Below, in pieces: positions 8,558 through 19,155 of a stretch of 64,000 bases of DNA. Every line of letters begins with the position of its first letter. Within the stretch, counting starts at the first letter, position 1. Below the pieces are notes generated by a model. It was not told where the DNA came from. It searched no databases and was given only the letters and a program-made list of their open reading frames with translations. The translations under genes were made by a program, and so were the position numbers. The stretch comes from a virus (taxonomy: Duplodnaviria; Caudoviricetes): IMG/VR virus record IMGVR_UViG_3300028410_000746. One strand, given 5' to 3'.

Positions 8558-10191
8558 CCTCTACCACGCTGTTTGCGACGGCGGCGCTGGAGCTTTCGCT
8601 TTCGCTTGGTGCCGGGGAGGCGGCGGTAGCGACGGTCCTTACGCTTCTTGTCCCGACGCTTACCGGGACTACGCGAGTAGTCCCTGCGACGTGATCGGTT
8701 CTTCTGCCGGTTGCGAGGGTTGACGGGACGTGGCCCGTAATACTTGTTCCCCGAACCTATAGCGTCGACCTCCGAGTCCTCGTCTTCACCTTCGTCGTCA
8801 TACCACTCGTCGTCCAGGTCATCGTCCTCGTACTCATCGTCCCCGTACTCATCGTCGAAGTCGTCCTCGTCCTCGTACTCGTACTCGTACTCGTACTCCT
8901 CATCGTCCTCATCCCAATCCGAACCTTCGCTCCACTCCTCCCAATCCGCCGTACGATCACGGTCCCCCACAGACACGTCAGTGCCGGACGGAGACAGGTT
9001 GAAGCTGAACCCCTCATCCTTGACGTGATCCGGGTGTGTTCGTACCGGGTCATAGGGGATATCTTCAAAGAGGTCCGTCTCGTAGAAGGAAGCCGGATCA
9101 CTCAGAGCAGCCGCGTCCACGAAGTCATCCTCATGCTCGTGATCGTCGGGGATGAGGTACATCTCGTCCTGAGGCATGTATCCATCGTCTGCATCCTTCC
9201 ACCACGGCGCGCTGCCGAGGATAGCCGGCCGGCCCCTCTCCTCGCGATCCTTATCCAGGTAGGGGATGAAATCACACTGACCCGGCGTCGGCCGAGGAGG
9301 GTTCTCCTGTCCCGTCCACCAACAGGAGACCAGACGCGCCTCCTTGCGGCGAGAATCCACGGCGAACACGACCGTGAGTCCGATACGATTTGCCTCGAAG
9401 CGGACCGCCTCTCCGTACGCCAGATCAGACATGAGGCGCTGGTCTTTGGGCTTGATCTTGTCCGACTGCTTACGCGCAGCGAACCATCGTCCAAACTCGT
9501 TGAACGCTCCCTGTAGCTCCATCTCGGTCACGCCTCGCAGGTTCATCCTGTACTGCGCGTGGCTGGTGAGGAAGATCGAACGGAAGAGGTGAATCTTCTT
9601 GGCCGGGACCCTCTTGGGCTTGTAGATCTTGTCCGCGTCCGAGTTCGACAGGCTCTTGCCCTTCTCAATGTCCTCGACCAACTCCTGCTTGAGCTTGTCC
9701 GGGAGACGCTCTTGCTCAATGTCGCGGATGATGTGGCACGGTCCGCCTGGAAGGCCCAGAGGACCGGCTGCGTTGACCGCGCGCTCTACCGGAGACGTGT
9801 TCGAGTACGCCCACGCTCCAACCTCATCACGTCCCAGCGTATCAAAGCCTACCAGATGGGCATCCGTGTGCGACGGAAGCTCCACGTAATCCGTCACCAA
9901 CGCCCGGCCCTGACGACCTCGAAGGTCCTGACGAATGAGGCTGTAGACCTTCATCTTGGCAGCATACAGGGGCTCTACGGGGAGGTACACCGTCGCATTG
10001 GCGCGGTCCATTCGATCTACGACAGAGGCACGTACACCTACCGCCTCCCAGTTGGGTGCCGTCGCATGCCTGTCCGACAAGAGAGGAAGCACCACATCGC
10101 CTGGATCACGAGAATCACGCGACGTCGCGACCAAGGAGGCCTCCCCGTCCATGAGCAGAAAGTAGTAGTACGTCTTTTCACCGAATCGCAT
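8554..10191 (-). CDS. hypothetical protein with DUF4258-like segment, D/E-rich then K/R-rich tail
   Basis: LTSHAQYRMNLRGVT motif; charge-segregated C-terminus; start uncertain. Confidence 0.6.
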   Translation of the reverse strand: MRFGEKTYYYFLLMDGEASLVATSRDSRDPGDVVLPLLSDRHATAPNWEAVGVRASVVDRMDRANATVYLPVEPLYAAKMKVYSLIRQDLRGRQGRALVTDYVELPSHTDAHLVGFDTLGRDEVGAWAYSNTSPVERAVNAAGPLGLPGGPCHIIRDIEQERLPDKLKQELVEDIEKGKSLSNSDADKIYKPKRVPAKKIHLFRSIFLTSHAQYRMNLRGVTEMELQGAFNEFGRWFAARKQSDKIKPKDQRLMSDLAYGEAVRFEANRIGLTVVFAVDSRRKEARLVSCWWTGQENPPRPTPGQCDFIPYLDKDREERGRPAILGSAPWWKDADDGYMPQDEMYLIPDDHEHEDDFVDAAALSDPASFYETDLFEDIPYDPVRTHPDHVKDEGFSFNLSPSGTDVSVGDRDRTADWEEWSEGSDWDEDDEEYEYEYEYEDEDDFDDEYGDDEYEDDDLDDEWYDDEGEDEDSEVDAIGSGNKYYGPRPVNPRNRQKNRSRRRDYSRSPGKRRDKKRKDRRYRRLPGTKRKRKLQRRRRKQRGRG

Positions 10192-10244
10192 GTGCAGAAC
10201 TCCAACGGGAGGAAGCGTGAACACCTCCGCACAACACAAAAAGA

Positions 10245-10772
10245 TTAAGCAACGTGCGGCTCGACGTAGGGCCTCCACGGCTCCGGGTAGCTCCGACCGG
10301 TCAGGTAGAGAGCGATGGGGTTCCCATGACGCGGACGTGTAGGCGTGCTCCGAAGCACCATACCCGCCTCCGAAGGCAAGCGGTTCCCCTTCGAGCGGTT
10401 GCAAGGCCCACACGAGGTCACGATGTTCGTCCAGCTCATCTTGCCGCCCCGACTGCGAGGCAAGACGTGATCGAACGTCAGATCACGCAGGCTCACCTCT
10501 CCGCGACGCATAGAAGCACCGCAATACTGACACTCGTAGTCATCCCGAGAGTAGATATTGGGACGCGAGAACCGAACCCCAGGCAAGTGGCGACGAAACC
10601 GCTTGAGGACCATTACCGCAGGTACGCGTACCGTAAGGGACGGCGAACGAACCAAACGGTCCTCATACTCGACCAGGACGTAAGCGTTCTGACGAAACAT
10701 GAGAGACAGCGCGTCCTTCCACGTCAGGAGGTCCAGGGGGCGGTAATCAGCGTTGAGAAGCAGGGTATCCAT
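10245..10772 (-). CDS. HNH endonuclease (McrA-like)
   Basis: RDDYECQYCG...TFDHVLPRSRGG...NIVTSCGPCNRSKG. Confidence 0.92.
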   Translation of the reverse strand: MDTLLLNADYRPLDLLTWKDALSLMFRQNAYVLVEYEDRLVRSPSLTVRVPAVMVLKRFRRHLPGVRFSRPNIYSRDDYECQYCGASMRRGEVSLRDLTFDHVLPRSRGGKMSWTNIVTSCGPCNRSKGNRLPSEAGMVLRSTPTRPRHGNPIALYLTGRSYPEPWRPYVEPHVA

Positions 10773-10842
10773 GCGAGTCTCCGAGCCCAGACAATAGCCC
10801 CCACACAGGAGACAACCACATTATGCGAACCGACTCGGGGCC

Positions 10843-11322
10843 TTACGGTGTTCCAGATGCTCTCGGAAACAGGAAGCTCTCCAAGGCGGTGCCAAACGAC
10901 TTGGCCATCCCAGGCTCCGAATCACTCACGTACCCCACGACGCCCAGACTTAGGGGGCATAATGAGCCTCGGTAGAACACACGTGTAGGACGGGAGGGGT
11001 CAGGCTGAACGGTACGACCTCCAAGTTGAAGGCTCCAGCCCGTGCGAGGGTATATCTGTGAATTCGACCACGCCAAGTTTCGACCTGCAAACTGGCCCGG
11101 ACTCGTCACGTGCAGGAGACCAACCCCCATCCTGGACCTCAATCGGGAGACGAAGAAGGGAGCAACGTCCCCCTTGTAGGTCTCCCCTCGGATCAGATCC
11201 TCCAGAGCTTCTTCCCGTGCGCGGTCGAGCGCGAAGCTGGACTCTTTGAAGACGACCTGAACCAAACGTCGCTCGGAATGCAGCAGGTGAGACTTCCACC
11301 CCGTCCAACGGAGATGCTCCAT
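10843..11322 (-). CDS. hypothetical protein
   Basis: 159-aa ORF filling the gap on the coding strand. Confidence 0.5.
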   Translation of the reverse strand: MEHLRWTGWKSHLLHSERRLVQVVFKESSFALDRAREEALEDLIRGETYKGDVAPFFVSRLRSRMGVGLLHVTSPGQFAGRNLAWSNSQIYPRTGWSLQLGGRTVQPDPSRPTRVFYRGSLCPLSLGVVGYVSDSEPGMAKSFGTALESFLFPRASGTP

Positions 11323-11349
11323 GGGAATCGGAGCAACACCGTGTGCCCG

Positions 11350-11393
11350 GAAGACCTCACGAAGACCTCACGAAGACCTCCCAAAGACCTCCC
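11350..11393. repeat. 11-bp tandem repeat x4
   Basis: GAAGACCTCAC GAAGACCTCAC GAAGACCTCCC AAAGACCTCCC. Confidence 0.85.
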
Positions 11394-11666
11394 AACATCA
11401 AGGGCTTGAACAGGTACATCAAGCCTCCCCCAGAACGGACAGTTGACCCGTCACAGCTTCAGTAAGAGACCCTTCAAGCTCCGGCTCGCATAGAGTCAAG
11501 GAGCCGGACGGGATCGCCGCATGAGCCTGAAGGCGCTCTCGTGCCCCTGGATCACATACACAGCAAAACCAGCCTCCCCCTCCTACGCAACCTGGGTAAC
11601 TGTTATACATATGAGGTGTGTGTGTGTGCGACAGCGCAACCAACACCTGCGTCGCTCCAACAGCAT

Positions 11667-12743
11667 TCAGGCCCCCGACAGGTATCGCACGATTCGCATG
11701 GTCAACAGCTCACGAGCAAACTTACTCAGCTCCTGTCTGTGCTCCTCGGAGTCCTCAGACGAGTGCAGGAACCCGATCGGAACTCGCGCGCCTCCTGAGC
11801 CCTGTTTGCCCCCAGCATGACGCTCTCCGAAGACCTTCTGGCAGAACGTGTGGACGTTGACCGACGAGTTGGAGCTTCTGACCGAGGCCTGGATGTCCGG
11901 GCCGATCATGGCAAAGACCACCACGGTCTCGACGCCCTCCATACGCAGGAACTCATCCGCCATCATGGGGAGGGCATCACGCCTCTTCTCGGTCAGGCGT
12001 CCCAGGTAGGAGATCAGAGCCGAGGCCTCGACGACCATGTTCTCGGCGGCACGGCTACGCAACTCAAAGAGGTACGGCGGCAGGGGGTAGAGGACGATCT
12101 CCTGGTAACGCTTCTTGTCAATGTACGGGATGAGCGCGGCGTGCGCGGCGAGGTCCAGCTTGCAGGTGTTGTCCGAGAGCAGGCCATGCGTGTCATTGAC
12201 GATGCCGAAGAACAACGCCGTGGCCACGACCTGCGCACGCTCACTGTCAAAACCAATGTCACATGCTCGCAGGTAGTCCCAGACAATTGAAGAACAGGCT
12301 CCCACGGATCGAATATCGGTGTGAGGTAGGTCCAGATCGAACTGGTGGTGGTCGATCACAGCGTCCCACTTCTCCACCAGCTTCTCGAACTCCCCGGTGT
12401 TCTGAGGCGTAGCATCCACCACGAGGTGGTAGGAGTACAGCTCCGGAGCGTACGCGGTGACGTGTGAGAGCCTCATGTCGAGGACGTTGACTTCAGTGCG
12501 GTTCTGAGGGTGGCTCACCTCGCCCGCGTAACACAGGTCACTGGGGACGCCGCACATGCGCTCCAACAGGAACTGAATTCCCAGGGCACACCCCAGCGCA
12601 TCTGGATCAGGCGTGTGTTGCATAACGATACACACCCGTGGAGTCTCCACCCCCTCCACCGCCTCGCGCACGCGCGCCAGGAACTGGAAGACGGAGTGCT
12701 CCGACGTCTCGTCTTCAACGGGAGTTACAGGCTCGCTCTTCAT
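11667..12743 (-). CDS. DHH/DHHA1 family phosphoesterase (NrnA/GdpP-like)
   Basis: HTPDPDALG, VVD, IDHH, GIVNDT, C-terminal GGKQGSGGA. Confidence 0.9.
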   Translation of the reverse strand: MKSEPVTPVEDETSEHSVFQFLARVREAVEGVETPRVCIVMQHTPDPDALGCALGIQFLLERMCGVPSDLCYAGEVSHPQNRTEVNVLDMRLSHVTAYAPELYSYHLVVDATPQNTGEFEKLVEKWDAVIDHHQFDLDLPHTDIRSVGACSSIVWDYLRACDIGFDSERAQVVATALFFGIVNDTHGLLSDNTCKLDLAAHAALIPYIDKKRYQEIVLYPLPPYLFELRSRAAENMVVEASALISYLGRLTEKRRDALPMMADEFLRMEGVETVVVFAMIGPDIQASVRSSNSSVNVHTFCQKVFGERHAGGKQGSGGARVPIGFLHSSEDSEEHRQELSKFARELLTMRIVRYLSGA

Positions 12744-12753
12744 GGGTCCCCCT

Positions 12754-13041
12754 TCAAGACCGGTCGCGTCCGAGTCCTCGAAAGGCTCCCAGACTGCTGA
12801 TCGTCTTACGCTTCGGACGGTTGGGTGCCGGAGTCTTCACGTCGGGAGACGACAGAGAGACGCCAAACTGGTCAAGATACTCCACGACCAGATTCCGCTT
12901 CAAGCGGTGACGCATGGCCTTCTTTAGAGAAAGCTGACTCTCATCCAGAAGGCGCAACGTCAACAGCTCATCAACCAGACCTCCCAGTCCCATGCCTGAG
13001 AGCCGGGTCTCGTACTCCTCTTGCGTCTCGTCATCCGTCAT
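12754..13041 (-). CDS. hypothetical protein
   Basis: Coupled ORF. Confidence 0.55.
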   Translation of the reverse strand: MTDDETQEEYETRLSGMGLGGLVDELLTLRLLDESQLSLKKAMRHRLKRNLVVEYLDQFGVSLSSPDVKTPAPNRPKRKTISSLGAFRGLGRDRS

Positions 13042-13388
13042 TCGTCATCTCCGTCCAAGTCCTCGTCATAGGACGCCACGTCTCCCTCAACCTCTCCCTG
13101 CCCACGAACCGGGAGAGCCTCGATGTACGCACCCAGGCGGCCAAACAGATGGCCCGCTTCAAAGAGGTACTCGAAATAGGTCTCCGAGGCGGCCTCCTCG
13201 GCCTTGTGGACGTAGATGAGCACCTCCTCGGAGCCGACCCCCACCTTAATCTCGCGTAGAGAGACCAGAGCCTTGACGAAGCGGTGAGGGTTATCCGGAA
13301 TCACCTCAAAGCCAAGCTCCTCGATGAGTCCTTTGATAGCCAAGACGTCCGCCTTGTGCGTCAGTCGCCACTTGAAAATTGCAGCCAT
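13038..13388 (-). CDS. hypothetical protein
   Basis: Coupled ORF. Confidence 0.6.
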   Translation of the reverse strand: MAAIFKWRLTHKADVLAIKGLIEELGFEVIPDNPHRFVKALVSLREIKVGVGSEEVLIYVHKAEEAASETYFEYLFEAGHLFGRLGAYIEALPVRGQGEVEGDVASYDEDLDGDDE

Positions 13389-13389
13389 T

Positions 13390-13728
13390 CTAGGACTCCT
13401 CCATATGAGTCAGCAAATCAGAGGGGGCGACGTAACGTCCCCCAAACGGAGCTTCTCCGTCGTACTGGTATACCGTACAACCGGTCACCTTGCGACTGTA
13501 CTGAAGGCGAAGCGCCTCGGCCTCAAGGTCGAGCCACCAAAAAGACCCGTCTGGATTTGAGAGCGTGCTCGACAGGTGACGCAGAGCTTCTACCCCGCTC
13601 TCCGAGCTGTCTGAGCCGGGAGGCGGAGTGTAGAGCAGGTTCAAAGGATCGCCGGAATCACGTATCAATCGGATGTATAGCATAAGTACCTCCATGCCCA
13701 ACGCCCCCACAAGAGGAACACCGAGCAT
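13390..13728 (-). CDS. hypothetical protein
   Basis: ORF in operon; start uncertain. Confidence 0.45.
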   Translation of the reverse strand: MLGVPLVGALGMEVLMLYIRLIRDSGDPLNLLYTPPPGSDSSESGVEALRHLSSTLSNPDGSFWWLDLEAEALRLQYSRKVTGCTVYQYDGEAPFGGRYVAPSDLLTHMEES

Positions 13729-13744
13729 GAAGGTACTGCATCGC

Positions 13745-14092
13745 TTACGTCTCGTCCGTGGTCTCCGAGCGCTCCCGGATCTTCGAGCGATCCCTCAGGT
13801 GCTCCAGGGACTCCTTGAGCATTTCGTCTTCCTCCCTCCTACGCCACAGGGCCTCCACGAGCGCCTCGTCATCCGACCTCACGTACTTCAGAAGCTCCAT
13901 GAGTACCGCGTCACCCTCTCTCAGATGCCCCAGAGCCGCCCCAATCGCGACATCGCGCGCCACCATGTCCTCCAAGGCCGCCACAATCACCGCGTTGCGA
14001 TCCTCGTAGTCCTCGGAGGCGACCCTCTCATCCATCCTCTCCAAGGACCTCTGGTCCATCTCCACTTCAATCTCCACCATCTCTTCGCTCAT
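13745..14092 (-). CDS. ribbon-helix-helix (CopG-like) DNA-binding protein with coiled coil
   Basis: IEVEMDQRSLERMDERV...DRNAVIVAAL pattern; GGAGG RBS. Confidence 0.55.
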   Translation of the reverse strand: MSEEMVEIEVEMDQRSLERMDERVASEDYEDRNAVIVAALEDMVARDVAIGAALGHLREGDAVLMELLKYVRSDDEALVEALWRRREEDEMLKESLEHLRDRSKIRERSETTDET

Positions 14093-14154
14093 CTCGAACC
14101 TCCAATGTGTAAGGACGATCGAACGTACCTCAAGAGGGTGTTGGCCGTCAAGGG

Positions 14155-16305
14155 TTAATAGAGACAGGCGGCGGAGGGGTCCCGGCTGCACAGGTCCAGC
14201 ACGGTGGACACGGGCATGTAGACGTTGTTGAAGAAACGGAAGCCCGCGCCTACTTGAGACAGCGCTCCCAGACCCGTGACTACGGTGAAGCCCGTCTGCT
14301 CGACGAAGACCTCTCCGCTGACGCTGGTAAGAGAGTCGAAGCCTCCAAGCTCTCCCCGGATGCCGTAGCCTCCCACGATCCTTTGCAGGCGGAGGTGGAG
14401 TGAGCCGGTGATGGTCGTGAGGTTGTTCAGGCTGCTAAAGTCGTCCGTACCCATCCTGGACGCCAGGACCGCAGACCCGTTGATGCGCTCAAGGGCGTCG
14501 AAAGCGCATGTGCCGTTGTTGCACCACGTGAAGTCTGCAAGACCCAGCACCAAGCCGCCTACTACACGCACGCTCGACAGGGCGCTTGCGTCCGGAACGT
14601 TGGGCGGGAGGACCGTAGTGTTGAGAGAAGGGAAGAAGACCCCACCCTCCACGCGCTCCAGGTTCTCAAAGCCAGTCAGGGCTCGGATCGTCGTCTGAGC
14701 GTTCCGACCCGAGCCCCGGAAGTGTAGCGACCCGCCAATGTGCGTGAGGGGTAGCGCTGTGGGGTGGATGTAGTCCAAATCGAAGCGGGTCTGCTCGCAC
14801 GTTACCGGGTAGCCCTGGTAGTCGATGAACGTCTCCGTGAACGAGTTGCCCGTGCGAATATGGACGTCTCCGGAGACCGAGCAGTAGCTGGTAATGTCCA
14901 CCAGCGGAGCAAAGGAAGAGTGGCACGTGAAGTCCCCCTCTACCCAGACCGCCTCACCCGTTGGCGAAGACCAATCCGAGGAGTCCCTCACCGTGAGGAG
15001 GGTCACATCTCCCACGAACTGCTCACACAGGCGGGGTCGAGCGGCTACCTGCTGACACTGCGTCAAGCACACTGCCGGGCAGTCTTCCCAGTCCTCACAC
15101 TGAGGAGCGCTGGCGACGTTCGCTGCTCCTTCATCACACTGCTCCGAACCCTGTACGATTCCATCACCACAGGTCCCTCCTTGCTCGGACACGAAGCCCG
15201 AGCAGTCCTGCGCACACACCGTGCAGCTCCCGTTGTACGGAGCCGCACATCCCGAAGCATTCGCAACCCCGTTATCACACTGCTCCGAGCCCTCCAGGAT
15301 GCCATCTCCACACACTCCAAAGGGTCGACACGTCTGTCCATCTCCCACATACCCGCCATCGCAGGTGCAGGTGAAGCTGCCAAAGCTGTTCAGACACGTA
15401 GCGTTTGCCCCGCAAGGGTCGTTCAAGCACTCGTCCACGTCCAGGCAAACGTATCGCCCTTGCGCCTGAGTCGCGTCTCGGTTCTCACACACCGTACCCG
15501 ACTGGCAGGTATCCTCTCCAAAGACACACTCATCGCGATCGTAGCACACGAAGCGTACACCAAGAGGGCCCGTCGCGTCCTTGTTGGCACACAGCGCGCC
15601 CTCGACGCAGGCTCCCGGCTGGAGGCACTCATTCACGTCATCGCACGCGTACCCTCCATTCTCCTCCCGGCACGACTGACCAGGGCCGCATGGGTTACCC
15701 GAACACTCCGGCACGTCACGACACGTCTGACCGTCTCCCGTATATCCAGGGTCACACGCACACTCGAAGCTGCCCACCGTGTTGGTACACGTCGCGTTCG
15801 CCCCACAAGGATCGTCCACACACTCATCCGCGTCCACACAGCCGCCCCCCAGCTCCAGGTAGCCATCATCACACGTACACTGAGTACAACCGGGCCCCGC
15901 CTCACACTGCTCGGGACCGCCGAGGACACCATCGCCACACACGTTCCCCCGCACGGTCTCAAGCTGGCACGAGAGGCCGCAAAACTCACAGCTTGCGCCG
16001 TACGCCGGATCACACAGCTCCCCAACCCTCATGTCACACTCTTCACCCGCTTCCAGGACTCCATTGCCGCATACCGGATCAGACTCCACGTCGGGCTCCA
16101 CGTCGGGCTCTACATCCAACTCCGCGTCGGGGTCCTCCCCCAGGTCAGGCTCGTCTGCATCAGGCTCGTCTCCCAGATCAGGGCCTGCGTCCGCAGAAAC
16201 CTCCGAACCGTCGCGAAGATCCGGAGGGGTGTCCGAACGGATACAACCCGTGAAGGTCATGAAAGCCACGAGGAGCGCGGCGAGGTGAATTCCGAAGCGG
16301 TACAT
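14155..16305 (-). CDS. lipoprotein with Ca-binding EGF repeats, myxobacterial Cys-rich repeats and C-terminal receptor-L/LRR-like solenoid
   Basis: Lipobox FTG-C after hydrophobic stretch; DECVDDPCGANATCTNTVGSFECACDPGY; CGDG(I/V)..G.E.CD repeats; L..L..I.G.L repeats. Confidence 0.88.
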   Translation of the reverse strand: MYRFGIHLAALLVAFMTFTGCIRSDTPPDLRDGSEVSADAGPDLGDEPDADEPDLGEDPDAELDVEPDVEPDVESDPVCGNGVLEAGEECDMRVGELCDPAYGASCEFCGLSCQLETVRGNVCGDGVLGGPEQCEAGPGCTQCTCDDGYLELGGGCVDADECVDDPCGANATCTNTVGSFECACDPGYTGDGQTCRDVPECSGNPCGPGQSCREENGGYACDDVNECLQPGACVEGALCANKDATGPLGVRFVCYDRDECVFGEDTCQSGTVCENRDATQAQGRYVCLDVDECLNDPCGANATCLNSFGSFTCTCDGGYVGDGQTCRPFGVCGDGILEGSEQCDNGVANASGCAAPYNGSCTVCAQDCSGFVSEQGGTCGDGIVQGSEQCDEGAANVASAPQCEDWEDCPAVCLTQCQQVAARPRLCEQFVGDVTLLTVRDSSDWSSPTGEAVWVEGDFTCHSSFAPLVDITSYCSVSGDVHIRTGNSFTETFIDYQGYPVTCEQTRFDLDYIHPTALPLTHIGGSLHFRGSGRNAQTTIRALTGFENLERVEGGVFFPSLNTTVLPPNVPDASALSSVRVVGGLVLGLADFTWCNNGTCAFDALERINGSAVLASRMGTDDFSSLNNLTTITGSLHLRLQRIVGGYGIRGELGGFDSLTSVSGEVFVEQTGFTVVTGLGALSQVGAGFRFFNNVYMPVSTVLDLCSRDPSAACLY

Positions 16306-16540
16306 ATGCTCTCCGTGGGGTTCAGGGTCCTTGACAAGAGAGGGCTCGCGCCTTCTCTCACCTCCCGTGTACCACAAGGAGAACACTCCGTAGAAAAAAT
16401 CCCCCATTTTACGACCCCACAACCGCCAATGCAAGATCTTGAGCGCGCGTATGACGACCAATAAGACCTCTTGACAGGTAGACACAACAAGGCCCCTCAC
16501 CACGAATGCGATGAGAGGCCTTGAAGGAAGAAAACCGTGC

Positions 16541-18175
<1,635 letters not shown>

Positions 18176-18642
18176 CTACCTCTACTTCTCGTTAGATCAC
18201 CCTCGCAATGCGAGGGGCTGGACGGGGCCCGTACAGACCCCATGAAATCTAAGTCACTGCGACCCGAACGTCAACGATCAGGAGCCAATCGACAACACAC
18301 CGAGTGTTCACGCAGCACATACTCTCGCTCGTCTTTCAGCGTCGTCACGAGGTACTCGACCCGGTAACCATCAGTTACCCTGCGGCGTACACGCGTCTCC
18401 ACGTGATCCTCCTCGCCTTCCGGCAAGAACTGGAGGAGGTCCCCCTCCTGGAGGAGGTCAGAATGAAGCATGAGGTGTGTGCTCTTTCCCCGGAGCACCC
18501 AGATGAGTCTACCCCAGCCGTCGGAGGTTGCCGTGGTCATGTCGTGCCTTTCAGAACAGATAGAAGGGGCGTTCCCCTTGTGGGGGAGGGCGAAGATCGC
18601 AGGTCAAACACAGTAATGAATAAGCGAAACCTTGACACAGCC

Positions 18643-19029
18643 TCAAGCCTCCGTCAAGCCCTGAACAAAGACCCACGGCCTCCCGTAGCTCTCCCGCTCA
18701 TACCAGCCCGGCACGAACGAGGTCGTATTGAAGATGATCTGCACCACGTGCTCCAGGTCTCGATGCGTCTTCTCAATGTGTGCACGGACCTCCATCGTCT
18801 CGAAGCCGCACAGGCTGTCATCCCAGTCGTCGCCATCTACCGCATCCCAGCCAAGGTGCGGCACCCCCAACGTGTCTGCAATCTCCCACAGGATGTCCAG
18901 ATGACCCGAGTTGCCGTAAGGCCTCTTGGGGTCGATTCCCGGAGCACCGTACTCCACGTTAACCCAATCCACGTAGCAGATCTTGAGGAGCTTGAAATGA
19001 TCTTCTCGAACTTCAAACCTTGTAACCAT
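18643..19029 (-). CDS. hypothetical protein
   Basis: GGAGG RBS; own promoter at 19063-19092. Confidence 0.65.
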   Translation of the reverse strand: MVTRFEVREDHFKLLKICYVDWVNVEYGAPGIDPKRPYGNSGHLDILWEIADTLGVPHLGWDAVDGDDWDDSLCGFETMEVRAHIEKTHRDLEHVVQIIFNTTSFVPGWYERESYGRPWVFVQGLTEA

Positions 19030-19062
19030 GAGAGCCTCCAAAGGGTATTCGTTGCCGCCTAC

Positions 19063-19092
19063 GTCATAGCACACTTGACAGCTTCGCGTCAA
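19063..19092 (-). promoter_or_regulatory. sigma70-type promoter abutting the sheath terminator
   Basis: TTGACG-N18-TATGAC. Confidence 0.5.
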
Positions 19093-19097
19093 CAAAA

Positions 19098-19132
19098 AAG
19101 CCCCCTACCTGCCGTTAGGAGGTAGGGGGCTT
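19098..19132 (-). terminator. rho-independent terminator after tail sheath
   Basis: 13-bp stem AAGCCCCCTACCT/AGGTAGGGGGCTT followed by a T tract on minus strand. Confidence 0.85.
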
Positions 19133-19155
19133 GAGATCAGACCTTTGGGAGCCGA

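Noticed and set aside
8760-8940. TCGTCC/TCGTAC hexamer runs (also 6104-6200, 29095-29115, 52060-52400) as regulatory DNA repeats
   Set aside because: They encode Asp/Glu/Tyr low-complexity protein tails on the minus strand.
18271-18540. GroES upstream of groEL
   Set aside because: No GroES signature (PL.DRV, mobile-loop G.I); at best a small hypothetical protein.
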